The notes: a model not told the origin generated them from the letters alone. A stretch of DNA of 64,000 bases from Blastocystis sp. Blastoise (GCA_039096225.1 JBBPEB010000006.1:682001-746000); one strand, 5' to 3'; counted from the first letter of the stretch, positions 1 through 12,269 are shown. Made by a program: numbers and translations.

Positions 1-1909
1 GGTAAAAGAAATACTTAATATATATCATATGAAACTATCGGTTAATAAATGTAAGTGTTTAGCGATGAAATACTCCAATGATGGAAATAGAAAACTTACT
101 TATACTCCTCCTCCTCCTACTTATAATAATGAAGTGATTACTCTACTTAAAGATACTGAAATTCAAAGATATTTAGGATGTCCTATGGGTGAATCAATTA
201 CTAAACGAAGAGAATTCTGGGTGAATACGTTAGATGAAATCAAAGAAAAAATAAATTCATTAAACACAATTCCTATTAGTCCTCATCAAAAATTAATAAC
301 TCTTCGTCAATATATTATTCCTTGTATTGAATTCTTGGCTAGAAATGGTGATACTAATATACTTAAAATAAAAGAACTGGATGTACTAATAAGAAATAAT
401 GTTAAGAATTGGAATGGATGTTCTTCTGTCTGGCCTAAAGACTTTTATAGCACCTCAATACGAGATGGTGGACTTGGTGTTACTTCGTTGTTAGATAGGT
501 ATTATATTGGTAAAGCTTCTCTACTGGTAAGAATGGCTAATTCAAATGATATAAATATTAGAAATACTTTATATTATGCTCTTAGATATACTACTCTACA
601 AAATTCTCTATATGTGATTAATGATCCAATAAACTATATGAGAGGCCATATTCCTACTGGAATCCCTGAAAATAGAAAGAAAGATTTGGTATTCTTTAAT
701 CTATCTATCAACAACATTAACAAACCCTTAAAAGCAAAGAAAGAAAATAATACTGTTATTCCTCTAGATATAGACTTTACTACACTGAACCATCCCTTCC
801 CTTATATAAGAAAAGCTATTGATGCTATAGTTGCGTTAAACATGGACATATGTTACTATGAGAATAATCCGAAAAATGGAGCTGGAATAAGAATAAGAAG
901 TACTGATAATAGTATATCGAAATTTATAGAAGCGAAAGATGTGAAACGTAAAATGTGCAAATTATTAAATGAATCTTTGAAAATAAGACATGCTTCTATG
1001 CTGAAAGAATACTCCTATTTACAATATACTAAATACTTAAATAATAATATATCGTGTAATAAATGGATATACAAAACAAAACATATTAATCCTTCAAAAT
1101 ACTGTGCCTTATTGAATCTTCGAATGAGAACCCTATATACTGGTGAGATGGCTTATAGAAGACAAAATCCAAAAGGAAAGAAACCTACTCTACAGGATAC
1201 TGTCGCTTTATGTCCTTATTGTTTGAAAACTAAAAATGAATCAAAAATACATAGTCAAACCCACATCATGACTACCTGTGCTAGAATCTCTAGAAATGAA
1301 AATGGACACGATCTGATTAGCAAAAGACATAATGAAATACGAGAATGTTTAGCTAGATCTTTGGCAAAAACTCTTCCTTATACTATTTTTAAAGTCAATC
1401 AAGAAAAATCAATGAATACTATTCTATATGATGGTAAGAATAAAGAACAATGGGCTAATCGGCGTCCAGATATTATAATTACAAGTGAGAAAGAAATAAG
1501 AATGGTAGAAATTGGTGTTACTTATGAACAAGTAGATGGAACTCGTGATACTCTCTTAGAAATGAAACATACTAAAGATCATTCATATGATGAAGCTATA
1601 CAAAAATTACAACATGATTTCCCTAATAAACAAATCTCCTACTATACTGTTATACTTGGTGCTTCTGGGACAATTCCTGAATCTACTATTCATAATATAT
1701 CTCAAGTTTCAAAACTCAAAGGAAGATATCTTTACTTCTTAATATCAAAAATTAATGATATAGTCTTAGAATGGGCCTATAAGTATTGGAGACTATCTCT
1801 TTCTGATTCTAGACTAATTACAAAAAATATTTCTAGACTACATTCTTCTGCTGCTCATATTGAATTAACTCAACGAAATATGGAATAATATATTATATTA
1901 ATTATATTA
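1..1909 (+). mobile_element. RLE-type non-LTR retrotransposon, proximal part, interrupted by the Helitron; 3' UTR probably resumes at 14034
   Basis: ORF as above. Only 21 bp of 3' UTR precede the Helitron CTAG end. Confidence 0.8.
2..1888 (+). CDS. Non-LTR retrotransposon ORF, C-terminal part (end of RT, linker, CCHC zinc knuckle, restriction-like endonuclease); 5' end outside the window
   Basis: Frame is open from base 2 and has no introns. Motifs in order: RT C-terminus (KLSVNKCK...RYLGCP), RDGGLG, CPYC...HIMTTC knuckle, RHN, RPDII, VEIGV, K..SY. This is the order seen in RLE-clade (R2/R4/NeSL/CRE) elements. Confidence 0.92.
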   Translation, partial: VKEILNIYHMKLSVNKCKCLAMKYSNDGNRKLTYTPPPPTYNNEVITLLKDTEIQRYLGCPMGESITKRREFWVNTLDEIKEKINSLNTIPISPHQKLITLRQYIIPCIEFLARNGDTNILKIKELDVLIRNNVKNWNGCSSVWPKDFYSTSIRDGGLGVTSLLDRYYIGKASLLVRMANSNDINIRNTLYYALRYTTLQNSLYVINDPINYMRGHIPTGIPENRKKDLVFFNLSINNINKPLKAKKENNTVIPLDIDFTTLNHPFPYIRKAIDAIVALNMDICYYENNPKNGAGIRIRSTDNSISKFIEAKDVKRKMCKLLNESLKIRHASMLKEYSYLQYTKYLNNNISCNKWIYKTKHINPSKYCALLNLRMRTLYTGEMAYRRQNPKGKKPTLQDTVALCPYCLKTKNESKIHSQTHIMTTCARISRNENGHDLISKRHNEIRECLARSLAKTLPYTIFKVNQEKSMNTILYDGKNKEQWANRRPDIIITSEKEIRMVEIGVTYEQVDGTRDTLLEMKHTKDHSYDEAIQKLQHDFPNKQISYYTVILGASGTIPESTIHNISQVSKLKGRYLYFLISKINDIVLEWAYKYWRLSLSDSRLITKNISRLHSSAAHIELTQRNME

Positions 1910-1972
1910 CTAGGGTAACGCCGCTGGCGCACCGCCTAACGGCGACGCGCCGCGGCTGCGTTGTGCAGTTGG
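1910..1972 (-). terminator. Helitron 3' terminal hairpin and CTAG end
   Basis: Minus strand GCCGC-GGCGC-GTCGCC-GTTA-GGCGGT-GCGCC-A-GCGGC...CTAG. The core stem ends 12 nt before CTAG. It is a GC island in very AT-rich DNA, and the G-T wobbles work on the minus strand. Confidence 0.9.
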
Positions 1973-2145
1973 GTTTTAAAATTATTTCTTTAACTTTATT
2001 GAACAAAACAACCTTGTTTATTATAAACATTTTAAAAACAAATAAAAAGTGAAGAAGTAATAGATTAAAAAGAAAAAATAATTAACAAACATAAAACAAA
2101 AACAAACAAATATAACAAAAGAAGAAAAAAGAAAAAATAAAACAT

Positions 2146-5100
2146 TTAATTGTTTAGAGTAGACCTGAAGACCACGTTCTTAGTAAATATTTCATTACTA
2201 CTACTAATCATCTTACCTTGAGAGACACTATCAACTACCTTAATAAAAAGAGAGTTGAAAGATCGAGCACGACTGAAAGCAACATAGAGTTGACCATGAG
2301 AGAAGACAGGACGATCTAAATAAACACCAACTCTTTCAAATGTTTGTCCTTGAGATTTGTTAATAGTCATTGCGAACGCTAAACGAATAGGAAATTGTCT
2401 TCTGGATATAATAATAGGAAGATCTTCAGGATTTGAATTACAGATGATTCTTGGAATAATAACAGTACGTTCATCAATAGTAAGAGAAGGAGGAGGATTT
2501 AAAATAGTAGCAGTAATATTATTTGATCCTAATCGAGTAACTATAAGTCTAGTACCATTACATAATCCTTTAGAAGGATTAAGATTTCTTAAAAGCATAA
2601 TGATACAACCTATTTTTAAATTTAATATATGAGGAGGCATTCCAGAAGGTGTTTGAGAATTGATAAACTCGATAGGATAATTTGATTCTGGATCATCTGT
2701 TTCAGAATCAAGAATAGAATCAGAAGAGATATAAGGAGTAGTAGTTCCAGAAAGAAGATTATCAACAATGAAATCATTTAAAGTACCAACACAATCATTA
2801 GTAGAAGCTAATATAACAGAAGAAGCTAATCGTTTGATATCAGAATCAAGAGAAGTATTGATTCGATGTCCAAATACAGTAACACATAAATCATCATTCA
2901 CAATACATTGAGGAGGAATAGGAATATAATCTATATCTAAATGATGACTAATAGTATAATTATTAGAAAGAACACCATCTCCTACTTGTAATAACCATTG
3001 TCTAAAATCATCTGCTCCTTCTAAAGCTCTCATATTTCTCGATAAATGAATAACATTATTCTTTATAGAATTCCATAACGAACAAAACTTTATAGAAGAA
3101 CTAACAATCTGAGCTTGAGTTCCTTTTCTTATAACTGGTAAACATTGTCTGAAATCTCCTCCTAATACTACTGTTTTACCACCAAAAGGAATATCTAATT
3201 CTGTATTCATTATATCACATAATAATCTATGTACTACCATAAAACAATCACCTTTCATCATAGGAGCTTCATCCCATATTATTAAATCAGCTATTCTTAT
3301 TTCTTCTACTTTTCTTCTATCTCTAGCTAAATCTATATTTGAAGTAGAATCAGGATCAACATTCAAAGGAATACCAAATTGTTTATGAGCTGTTCTACCA
3401 CCTGGTAATAAAGTAGAAGCAATTCCTGTTGAAGCTACAGGTAATACATTCTTATTATGTCCACGTAAATAACTTAATAAACTATTATATAAGAAAGTCT
3501 TTCCACTTCCACCTGGACCATCTATAAAGAAACATAACTTATCTTCTATTCTACTACTTTCTATTGAATGAATTACTCTATCAAATGCATTTCTTTGTTC
3601 TTCATTTAATAATTCTATTACTCTATTAGCTTCTTGTAATTCTAATGTAGGATTATAATTATAATCATTATAATGATGTTGTTCTTCTACTTGAGGTAAT
3701 CCTAAATCATTATAATTCACTCCTATACTTATCATCATCTCTTTTATATCTTGTAAAGTACGTATTTCATAATCTTGAAGAACACTATTAGTATCATCTT
3801 CTATAACACTTGATGAATCTAAATCTTGAGCTAAAGGAGTATTTATATAATCTATTTCATTATTATGCATTGAATGTTTATAATCCTCACTAAGAAATGA
3901 TTTAAATCGAATCCAAAACTCTTTCACATTTGTTAATAATGATTCTGAAATATAAGTAATAAATAATTGTCTCAATTGACATGGAGTAGCAAAAACAATA
4001 GCTTCTGAAAATGAATCAAATACTTCTCTCTCATTATTCAATAATCCTCTTGCTATAGCTGCTTCACTAAAGGTTCTATAAGGTTCATTACTATTCAATC
4101 CTTTTACTATCTTCAAAGAATCAAAGCTATCAGCTCCTTTCGTATTCAATAATAATAATCTCAAAGCATATCGTTCCTTATCTTTTGGATTCACATAATA
4201 CATTCTTCCTAAAGCTTTTATATCTCTCTGACGTCTATTCCAAGTATTTGTATTTGATTTCCATACATAATATTTTGGTATTTCATGATAAGCATAAATA
4301 GGATATTTCTCATCTAATATTTTCAATAATTCTTCTGATATATTATCATCATCTACTTCATAACTATTTATTCTATTTATCTCTTCTAAACGAACTTGAA
4401 TCAATTCTCTTTCTTCTTCTACATTATTCATATTACGAATACCATGCTTCTTCTCTATATAATAATAAGTATATATCTTTCTTTGATTCTGAACTTCTTT
4501 CTCTAAATCAAAGTATTTTGTTAATTTAGTACCTTTCTCTAAACTATTTCTTAATGCTTCTTCTTCGTGTCCTTCTCGAAATAATATATATGGATCATCA
4601 GGTAAATGAATAGGTAATCTATTAATAGAAACAGAATTATAAGTAATTTCAAAACAATTCAAACGATAAGAAGCTTCAGGAGGAGAAACATATCGACAAT
4701 CTAAATAAGCTTGAGTTTCATCTACTATTCCATTATCATTCACTCTTCGTAATTGAGCTATCACAGAATCATTTCCTTTTAATGCATATTTATATATATA
4801 TTTAGTACTTTGAATATTACAACATACTTCTACATTAATATGAGCTTGATATTTCAATAATAAATAAGGATTATAAGGAACTACCCAACGATTATCAATA
4901 GTATAAGTATTATGACTACGAATAAGAGTAATAGTTCTATCAGGAATATTTCTTCTTTGATATAAAGGATAAGAATTTAAATGACAATTAGTTTGCTCTA
5001 TATATTCTTTTGGAAATCTCTTACTACATTTACCTGTTGATCTATCAATACAAACACAATTCGTATCATAATCAGGACCACATGGACCATGAATCATATG

Positions 5101-7157
5101 TTTCTTAACTAATTCATAAAGAAGAGGAGTTGATTCTTTATCAGGAATCTCTGCACTTATTATACTATCTACTTCATCTTCTGTTCTATATTTAGAATTC
5201 GTATCTAAAATAATTAATATATGAGAATGTGGTAAACCTCTCTTTTGGAATTCTACTGAATATAATAAAGCTTCTACCGTACCAAATATATTCTTATCCT
5301 TTATATCAGAAAGCAATTGTTTCAACTTTAAATGAAACACTCTTGAAACTAAATCTGGAAATTCATTAACAGTATAACCTTCTGGAATATTATTCTTTAT
5401 TTCTAACCAATCTGGATTGCAAGTAAATGTAATAAATAAATCAGGTTTACCATATTCTCGAACTACACTCATAGCATCCATATATTTCTGTTGTAAATTT
5501 CTTGGACTACCAACAAAAGAAGAAGGTAATATAATAGCTTTACCTATTCTATCTATATTTCTATCATTCTCATTTATTTGGTCTCCTCTCTCTTCTAACA
5601 TATTATTTATATTCTGATAAGTAGATGCTCTTAATTTATTTTGATTATTTCGTATATAATTAATTCTATTTTGTTCAACACGGATATAATTATCAGTAAT
5701 ATATTGTAAAGTTAATTTCTTATATTTTAATAAATAATTATCATAAGGTGGATCTTTCATTTGAAGCATATAATTATAATATTCTAACATCGTAATAGTT
5801 ATTTGATTAGAACGATTCAATGATAATAAATCTGGATACCAACCTTGTCTTCCAGTTGGAAACATAACTGGATAAACCATACAATCTATATATGAATTAG
5901 TATTCTTCATTACTATATATTGACCTGAAGTATAACGATTCTGTTCATTATTACTATTAGTAGCTACTATTTCCATACCACTTCTAGGAAAACAACAATA
6001 ACTTCTTTCTGGCATTACTCCTCCTTCTCTATATTGATATATTACTGCTACTTCATCTACTTGAGGAGTATTATATCTTCTTATATCAGGTACTTCTCTT
6101 CTTTGTTTCTTAAATTCTATTAATAAATTAATATTACTTCTATTCATTTGACTATTCTCTTCTATTACTTCATCTACTCTTTCTCGAAGTGAATTATATA
6201 TTTGAGCTAATGGATGATATTCTCTTATTGTACTATCTAATATTTGTAAAATATTTGGTTTTAAATCACAAAAATATCGATTCATACTTCTCATATGAGT
6301 AGCTTCATCTCCATCTATCATATAATATTGATTGAATACAGGATGTCTTGTAGGATCATTCACATCAAAATCTAAAGCACTCTTAAAAGTATGATATATA
6401 TTACCTCCACATTTAAATAGTAAAGGTCCAGAAGAATTTCTTAAATCATCATCAGAAGTATTATTTCCAGCTAAAGAAGCTAAAGCAACAGAATTATTAT
6501 ATCGAATTATATTATTAATAAATTCTCTTGAATCTGGATTATCTCTTTGTAATAAAGAACGAATAGTATTAGGAAGATCAGGAAGTTCAGGAAGAACTAC
6601 TTTACCACTACCACAGCAAGTATAAAACTTATCATTCATTCCTTTCTCTAATTCAAAATGTTTAGCATGACAATATTCACAATGAACATTAAAATCACCT
6701 AAATAATTAGCTTTATAAGTATTCAATGCTTCATTTAATACAAAATCACCATGAGAATCTATATAAAATAATATAAAATCAATATTAAATATATATAAAT
6801 ACTTCTTTGAATAGAAGCAATACAATTATGTAATCCAGGATATAATAATCTTTGTTGATTATCTATAAAAATAATTTTATTATTTAATTATTTATAAAGG
6901 ATTATAAAATATAAATAGCATACAAATATCTAAAGCTCTTCTTCTTCCTCTATTAATAATAGGATGAATAGTTATGTCTTTTTCAACTATAAAGAAGTAT
7001 TAAATAAATATATTTAAATAATAAAAAAACATACTATTATCTGCTATAGGTCTTCTAATAGTTCTTACAACTGGTATTTCATCATTGTTTTGAGTATTAC
7101 TATTGATATCAGGAAAAGGATCAATATAATCAGAATCAGAATCATTATCAGAAAAAT

Positions 7158-7249
<92 letters not shown>

Positions 7250-10200
7250 TTAGGTGTTGTTGTTATAATTTCTGATTCATTATCATTATTTAAATTAATA
7301 TGAGGAATATTTGTTATCAAACTTAAAGGAGGAAGAATAGGACTTAAATCAGGAATAGTTAAATAACTATTCATGATGGAATTAATAGATCTATTATTTC
7401 TTTGTATTATTGTTTCATTATTATTAGTATTAGTGTTATTTATAGAATGATTCGTATTATCATTAATGATTACAGAATTATTATTGTTAGATATATTTAC
7501 ATCAGTTGGAATAGTACTAACAACAGGTAAAGAGTGTGAAGAAGTATTAATAGAATCATTATTATTATTAGAAACTGAAATATTATTTTCTGTAGGTTGT
7601 ATAATAGTAGTTGATATAGGAATAGATGAATTATTATTATTTATTGGACTTTGAACAATAGATATGTTATTGATTGATTGATTTATTGGATTCATTTGAT
7701 TGAATAAGTTTGAACCATTATTTAACATAGAATTATTATTATTTATTTGTGAATAACTATTATCTATATCAATATCAATATTGTTATTTGAAATATTGTT
7801 TTGAATGTTTTGTAAAGGAATATTATTTTGTATATTAAAAGTCGAAAACAAAGCTAAAGGTTTTAAATTAAAACCAAATGATTTAGATAAATCATTATTA
7901 TTTATTTTATCCTTATTGGAACCTATATATATTAATAGTTAGATATTAATTATATTATGTTTAAGTTTAGAATAAAGTTTAGTTGTGTAGTATATAAATT
8001 AACTTTCATTGTTATAGTTGTTGAAGTAATTATTAATTAATATAAAGTATAACCTTTATTAATATAATATAATACATAGATATAGTATGATAATATATAT
8101 ATTAATATAAAGTATAACATTTATTAATATAATATAAGTCATAAGTATAGTATGATATATATTAATTAATATAAAGTATAACCTTCATCAATATAATATG
8201 ATACATAAGTATAGTATGATATATTAATTAATATAAAGTATAACCTTTATTAATATAATAATACATACATATAGTATAGTATGATATATATTAATTAATA
8301 TAAAATATAACCTTTATTAATATAATAATACATAGAATATAATATGATATATATTAATTAATATAAAGTATAACCTTTATCAATATAATATAATACATAA
8401 GTATAGTATGATATATATTAATTAATATAAAGTATATAATTCTTATTAATATAATAAGTCATAAGTATAGTATGATATATATTTATTAATATAAAGTATA
8501 ACCTTTATTAATATAATAATACATAGTTGTACTATGATATATATTTATTAATATAAAGTATATAACTCTTATTAATATAATATAATACATAGTTATACTA
8601 TGATATATTTATTAATATAAAGTATATAACCTTTATTAATATAATAATACATAGTTATACTATGATATATTTATTAATATAAAGTATATAACCTTTATTA
8701 ATATAATAATACATACATATAGTATGATATATTTATTAATATAAAGTAAAAACTTTATTAATTAACAATTATCTTCAATACTATAATGTAATGAAAGATA
8801 ATATTATAATTAATGAAAACTAATATTAAATAAGTATAGGTAATTAATATTGTATAATTTATTAAACAATCTATATGATTCAACCTCATAGAGGACATCT
8901 ATAGCTATTGTGCTTTGTTACAACATTCTATAAACATATAGCTAACTACCAGTTAATATCATATACAATGTGAGTAAGTGAAGAATCTTAACACTTAGAT
9001 ATCTCATCATTGATAGTATTACATCGGTTAGACTATATAGAGTTAGAAGCGAACAATAGTCAGCAATAGTATGAGTCATATAGGTAATCAATAGTTGTAT
9101 TAATTAAATTAAATACAAATATTAAAATACTCAACACTATTTAATATTAAGTAATTCAAAAATTATCTTAATATCCGACACCTTCCCGTTAATCGACACG
9201 ATTAAAGTAAAATTAAAATAAAAAAAAATAACAAAACAAAAATGAAAAAAGAAAGGATTCTATTAAATATTTAAATACTAAGTAGCTAAAGCTAAGCTTA
9301 GTAAATTAATATATAAATAGATAATAAAAAGAAAGCAGATAACAGAAAGCTATTATCTGTGAAAATAAAATAATAAAACAAAAGAAAAAGAAACTAAAAT
9401 AATAAATAATACTTACCCACAACTTTATTTGAACCTATATAAGTATAGAATATAATATAAGTATATATATACCTTGAATAATTGAAGAATTGTTGACAGC
9501 ATCAATGACTGAAGAATTATTAACACCATCACCTATATATATACAATAGTATAAGTATAAATAAATAAATAAAAAAAAATTATATATATATACCTTTATA
9601 TATATTAGTAGTAATCATATCAAGACCAACATTAGAGTGACAGGATCCCAAATTAAAAGACACACCTATATAGAAATATATAATAAGTAAAACAATATAT
9701 ATATATATATATATATACCTTCTGAAGAAGAAATAGAAGAATGACCATGTACTAACTGAGTTGAAGGACCTATATAAAAACAAATAAGAAAGAATTAAAA
9801 GAATAATAAAATATATATATATATGATATATCTATTTACCTTCAACCTCATAAGGATGATCACAATCAGACACAGTACCATTAGTAGAAGAACCTATACA
9901 TAAAATAAGTTAAATAAAAGAAAATAGATGATATATACCTTTATTATTATTACCATTAGCACCCATCATTGCATTAGAACAACCTATAGATAAATATTGA
10001 CAGGAAATTAAATAAAAATTAAAAGAATAGCAACGTACCTTCAAGACCACTAACACATCTTGCATCAACATCAGCAACAACAGCATCCACAACAACAGAA
10101 GAACCTATAGATAAATATAAATAAAAAAATAAAAATAAATGATTAGCATCATACCTTGAAGACCATGAGTAGAGTTAACATCACCATCAACAGCTCCAGT

Positions 10201-10576
10201 AACAGAATCCACAACAACAGAAGAACCTATAGATAAATAAAAATATAAAAATAAAACCAAATGAATGCCAACATACCTTCAGGACCACACGATAACCTCA
10301 CACCATCATCAGAATAGGACACCAAGGACATAGAAGAGCCTAAGATAATATAAAATAATAAAACAAAAAGAAATGTATAAATATATACCTTCAAGACCAT
10401 ATTGATAAGCACCATCACCATCAATGACATCCATACTTGTATCCTGTTGAGTAGAAGAACCTATATATGAATAATAAAAAAAAATAAATACAATACATAC
10501 TTGACCTTCTCTGAGAAAGGTAGTTTTTTTTGTTCAAGGACCTCCGCCTTGATGACATTCTGCCTTTTCTAGGCAT
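2146..10576 (-). CDS. Helitron RepHel transposase (HUH Rep + Pif1/SF1B helicase) with a long low-complexity N-terminal extension; 15 exons, ~2083 aa
   Basis: Last exon 6758-2146 carries CxxC..CC zinc motif, Rep motifs PDLFITFTCNP, VEFQKRGLPHSH, KYIYKY, and helicase motifs GPGGSGKT, IWDEAPM, GGDFRQ, FAMTINKSQGQT, HGQLYVAFSR. Upstream exons joined in frame by GT-AG: 10576-10501, 10460-10389, 10339-10277, 10226-10155, 10104-10039, 9983-9939, 9893-9840, 9769-9719, 9665-9594, 9532-9473, 9434-9417, 7922-7035, 6986-6924, 6862-6824. The core is very well supported; linkage across the 1.5-kb intron is inferred. Confidence 0.85.
7157..7250. repeat. (TAC)n microsatellite encoding poly-Ser in RepHel exon 12
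   Basis: About 30 TAC units read directly; AGT codons on the minus strand. Confidence 0.95.
8031..8760. repeat. ~63-bp tandem array (11 units plus a partial) inside Helitron intron 11
   Basis: Consensus ATTAATATAAAGTATAACCTTTATTAATATAATAATACATAnnTATAGTATGATATAT; 12 occurrences of ATAAA(G/A)TA between 8042 and 8741. Confidence 0.95.
8843..9125 (+). ncRNA. ~280-nt imperfect rod-like hairpin (candidate structured RNA or ssDNA)
   Basis: Nested helices CTATATGA/TCATATAG, GCTATTG/CAATAGT, ATATAG-CTAAC/GTTAG-A-CTATAT, CAATG/CATTG, TGAG/CTCA, TAAGTG/CACTTA. G-U wobbles favour the + strand. Confidence 0.55.
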
Positions 10577-10769
10577 CTTATTTAATAATTTAATAAAAAT
10601 AAGTATTTTTATGTAGAAAACAAAAACATATTCACTATTGAACTTTTGAAAAATAGGGTTAATATTTAAAATATGCATATTTAAAAATTAATAGGAATCA
10701 TAAATAACCTCGAATTTTCATTATTATCTTATGCTAAGCTGATAATTGGGTCATTTTTTGTTAAAAACA

Positions 10770-10797
10770 TTTTGGGTACCCAAAAACTATAGTTTTT
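10770..10797. promoter_or_regulatory. Two overlapping perfect 16-bp palindromes in the putative bidirectional Helitron promoter
   Basis: TTTTGGGTACCCAAAA (10770-10785) and AAAAACTATAGTTTTT (10782-10797), ~200 bp upstream of the RepHel ATG. Confidence 0.45.
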
Positions 10798-10799
10798 TA

Positions 10800-11301
10800 C
10801 ATTTTTTAAATATTTGTTTGTATTGATTGTCTGGGTATGTTTTATTAATTAATTTGATGTTATTTAGTTATTATTTTTATATTTATTTGTATATATTAAT
10901 TTATTTATTTATAATAATACACTTTTCTATAGGATTCTTTTGTATTTGTCTTGGTTGTGGTGATAGAAGCTTCTTGAAGTGGTCCTGGTTGTGCTATATG
11001 GTTTTTCTAGTGTAAGGTATATAAATATATTATTTATTTCTTAACATCTGTTTTTGTTTTACTAATTGCTTTTTGTTATTATTATTTTTATTATTTATTT
11101 TGTTTATTTTGTCTTTATATATCATTTATTCAATAGTTTTTAATTATTTTTATTCTATAGGAAAGAAAATGTTGTTGATGTGTTGTGGTCTTCGCTTTTT
11201 CATGTCGTTCTTCTTTAGTCTGTGGTTTCAGATTAATCTATTAGGTATATATTTATATTTTATTTATTGTTTTCATTTTTATTATTTATTATTTATGTTT
11301 T

Positions 11302-11336
<35 letters not shown>

Positions 11337-12090
11337 TTATATTTATATATATTTATTTATTATATTTATTTATTTATTTATTATATTTATTATATTTATA
11401 TATATTTATTTATTATATTTATTTATTTATTTATTATATTTATTTATTTATTATATTTATTTATTTATTTATTTATTTATGTTTTTTATTTATTTATTAT
11501 ATTTATTATATTTATTATATTTATTATATTTATTATATTTATTTATTTATTTTATTTATTTATTTATTTATTTATTTATTTTATGCTATCTTTTTATATT
11601 TTTTCTATTGTATATAGGTTTAATAGTCTTCTTGTTCCTTTTTCTTCTTTCTTCCTTCTTTCTACTTCATTTTACTTCTTCCTTATCCTTCCTACTACCT
11701 TCTTCCTCATTCTTCATTCTTCCTTCCTACTTCCTCATTCTTCATTCTTCATTCTTCATTCTTCATTCTTCATTCTTCATTCCTACTTCCTACTTCCTCA
11801 TCCGTCATTCTTCCTTCTTCCTTCTTCTTCCTTCTTCTTCCTACTTCCTCATCCTTCTTTCTTCATCCTACTTCTTCATCCTTCCTTCTTCTTCCTTCAT
11901 CCTTCTTCCTACTTCTTCCTTCTTCCTTCATCCTTCCTTCTTCTTTCTTCCTACTTCCTCATCCATCATTCCTTCTTATTATATATATATATATATATTT
12001 AATTATTATTATAATTTTTAAACTCCCTTTATGCTCTAGAAGGAGAGAAACAATCATTATAGATTGTTTTCAGGTTCAATTCCTGACATG
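10800..12090 (+). ncRNA. Putative spliced transcript divergent from RepHel, probably non-coding
   Basis: Host-type splice signals: GT 10835; exons 10933-11016 and 11161-11244 (each 84 nt, preceded by TATAG and followed by GTATAT); acceptor at 11617. Exon 2 has stops in all three frames; the last exon is a ~340-nt C/T tract. Confidence 0.5.
12023..12086 (+). other. Three consecutive hairpins ending in a tRNA T-arm/B-box mimic
   Basis: CTCC..GGAG (12023-12045), AAACAATC/GATTGTTT (12048-12069), TCAGG-TTCAATT-CCTGA (12070-12086). No acceptor stem found. Confidence 0.5.
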
Positions 12091-12269
12091 AAGTGCTATT
12101 TTTCTCTTTATATTAATATTTTATTTACATATTATTATATATATATATATATTCTCTTTTTTTAACCTTATTTTTATTTGTTTTAAATTATACTTTTCAA
12201 TTTTGACCTTATATATATATATCTAACTTTTTATATTTTTTGTAAACTTCCTCTTCTCAATAACAGTCA

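Noticed and set aside
8031-8760. CRISPR-like array
   Set aside because: Units are similar along their whole length with no unique spacers, no cas genes are present, and the context is eukaryotic.
9330-9362. Group II intron domain V (AGC...GAAA)
   Set aside because: The stem is too short, lacks the AC bulge and a proper upper helix, and no GUGYG/AY boundaries or domain VI were found.
11073-12021. Long ORFs of 309, 180 and 116 aa
   Set aside because: Low-complexity I/Y/F/L translations of (TTTA)n and C/T tracts that cross apparent splice sites.
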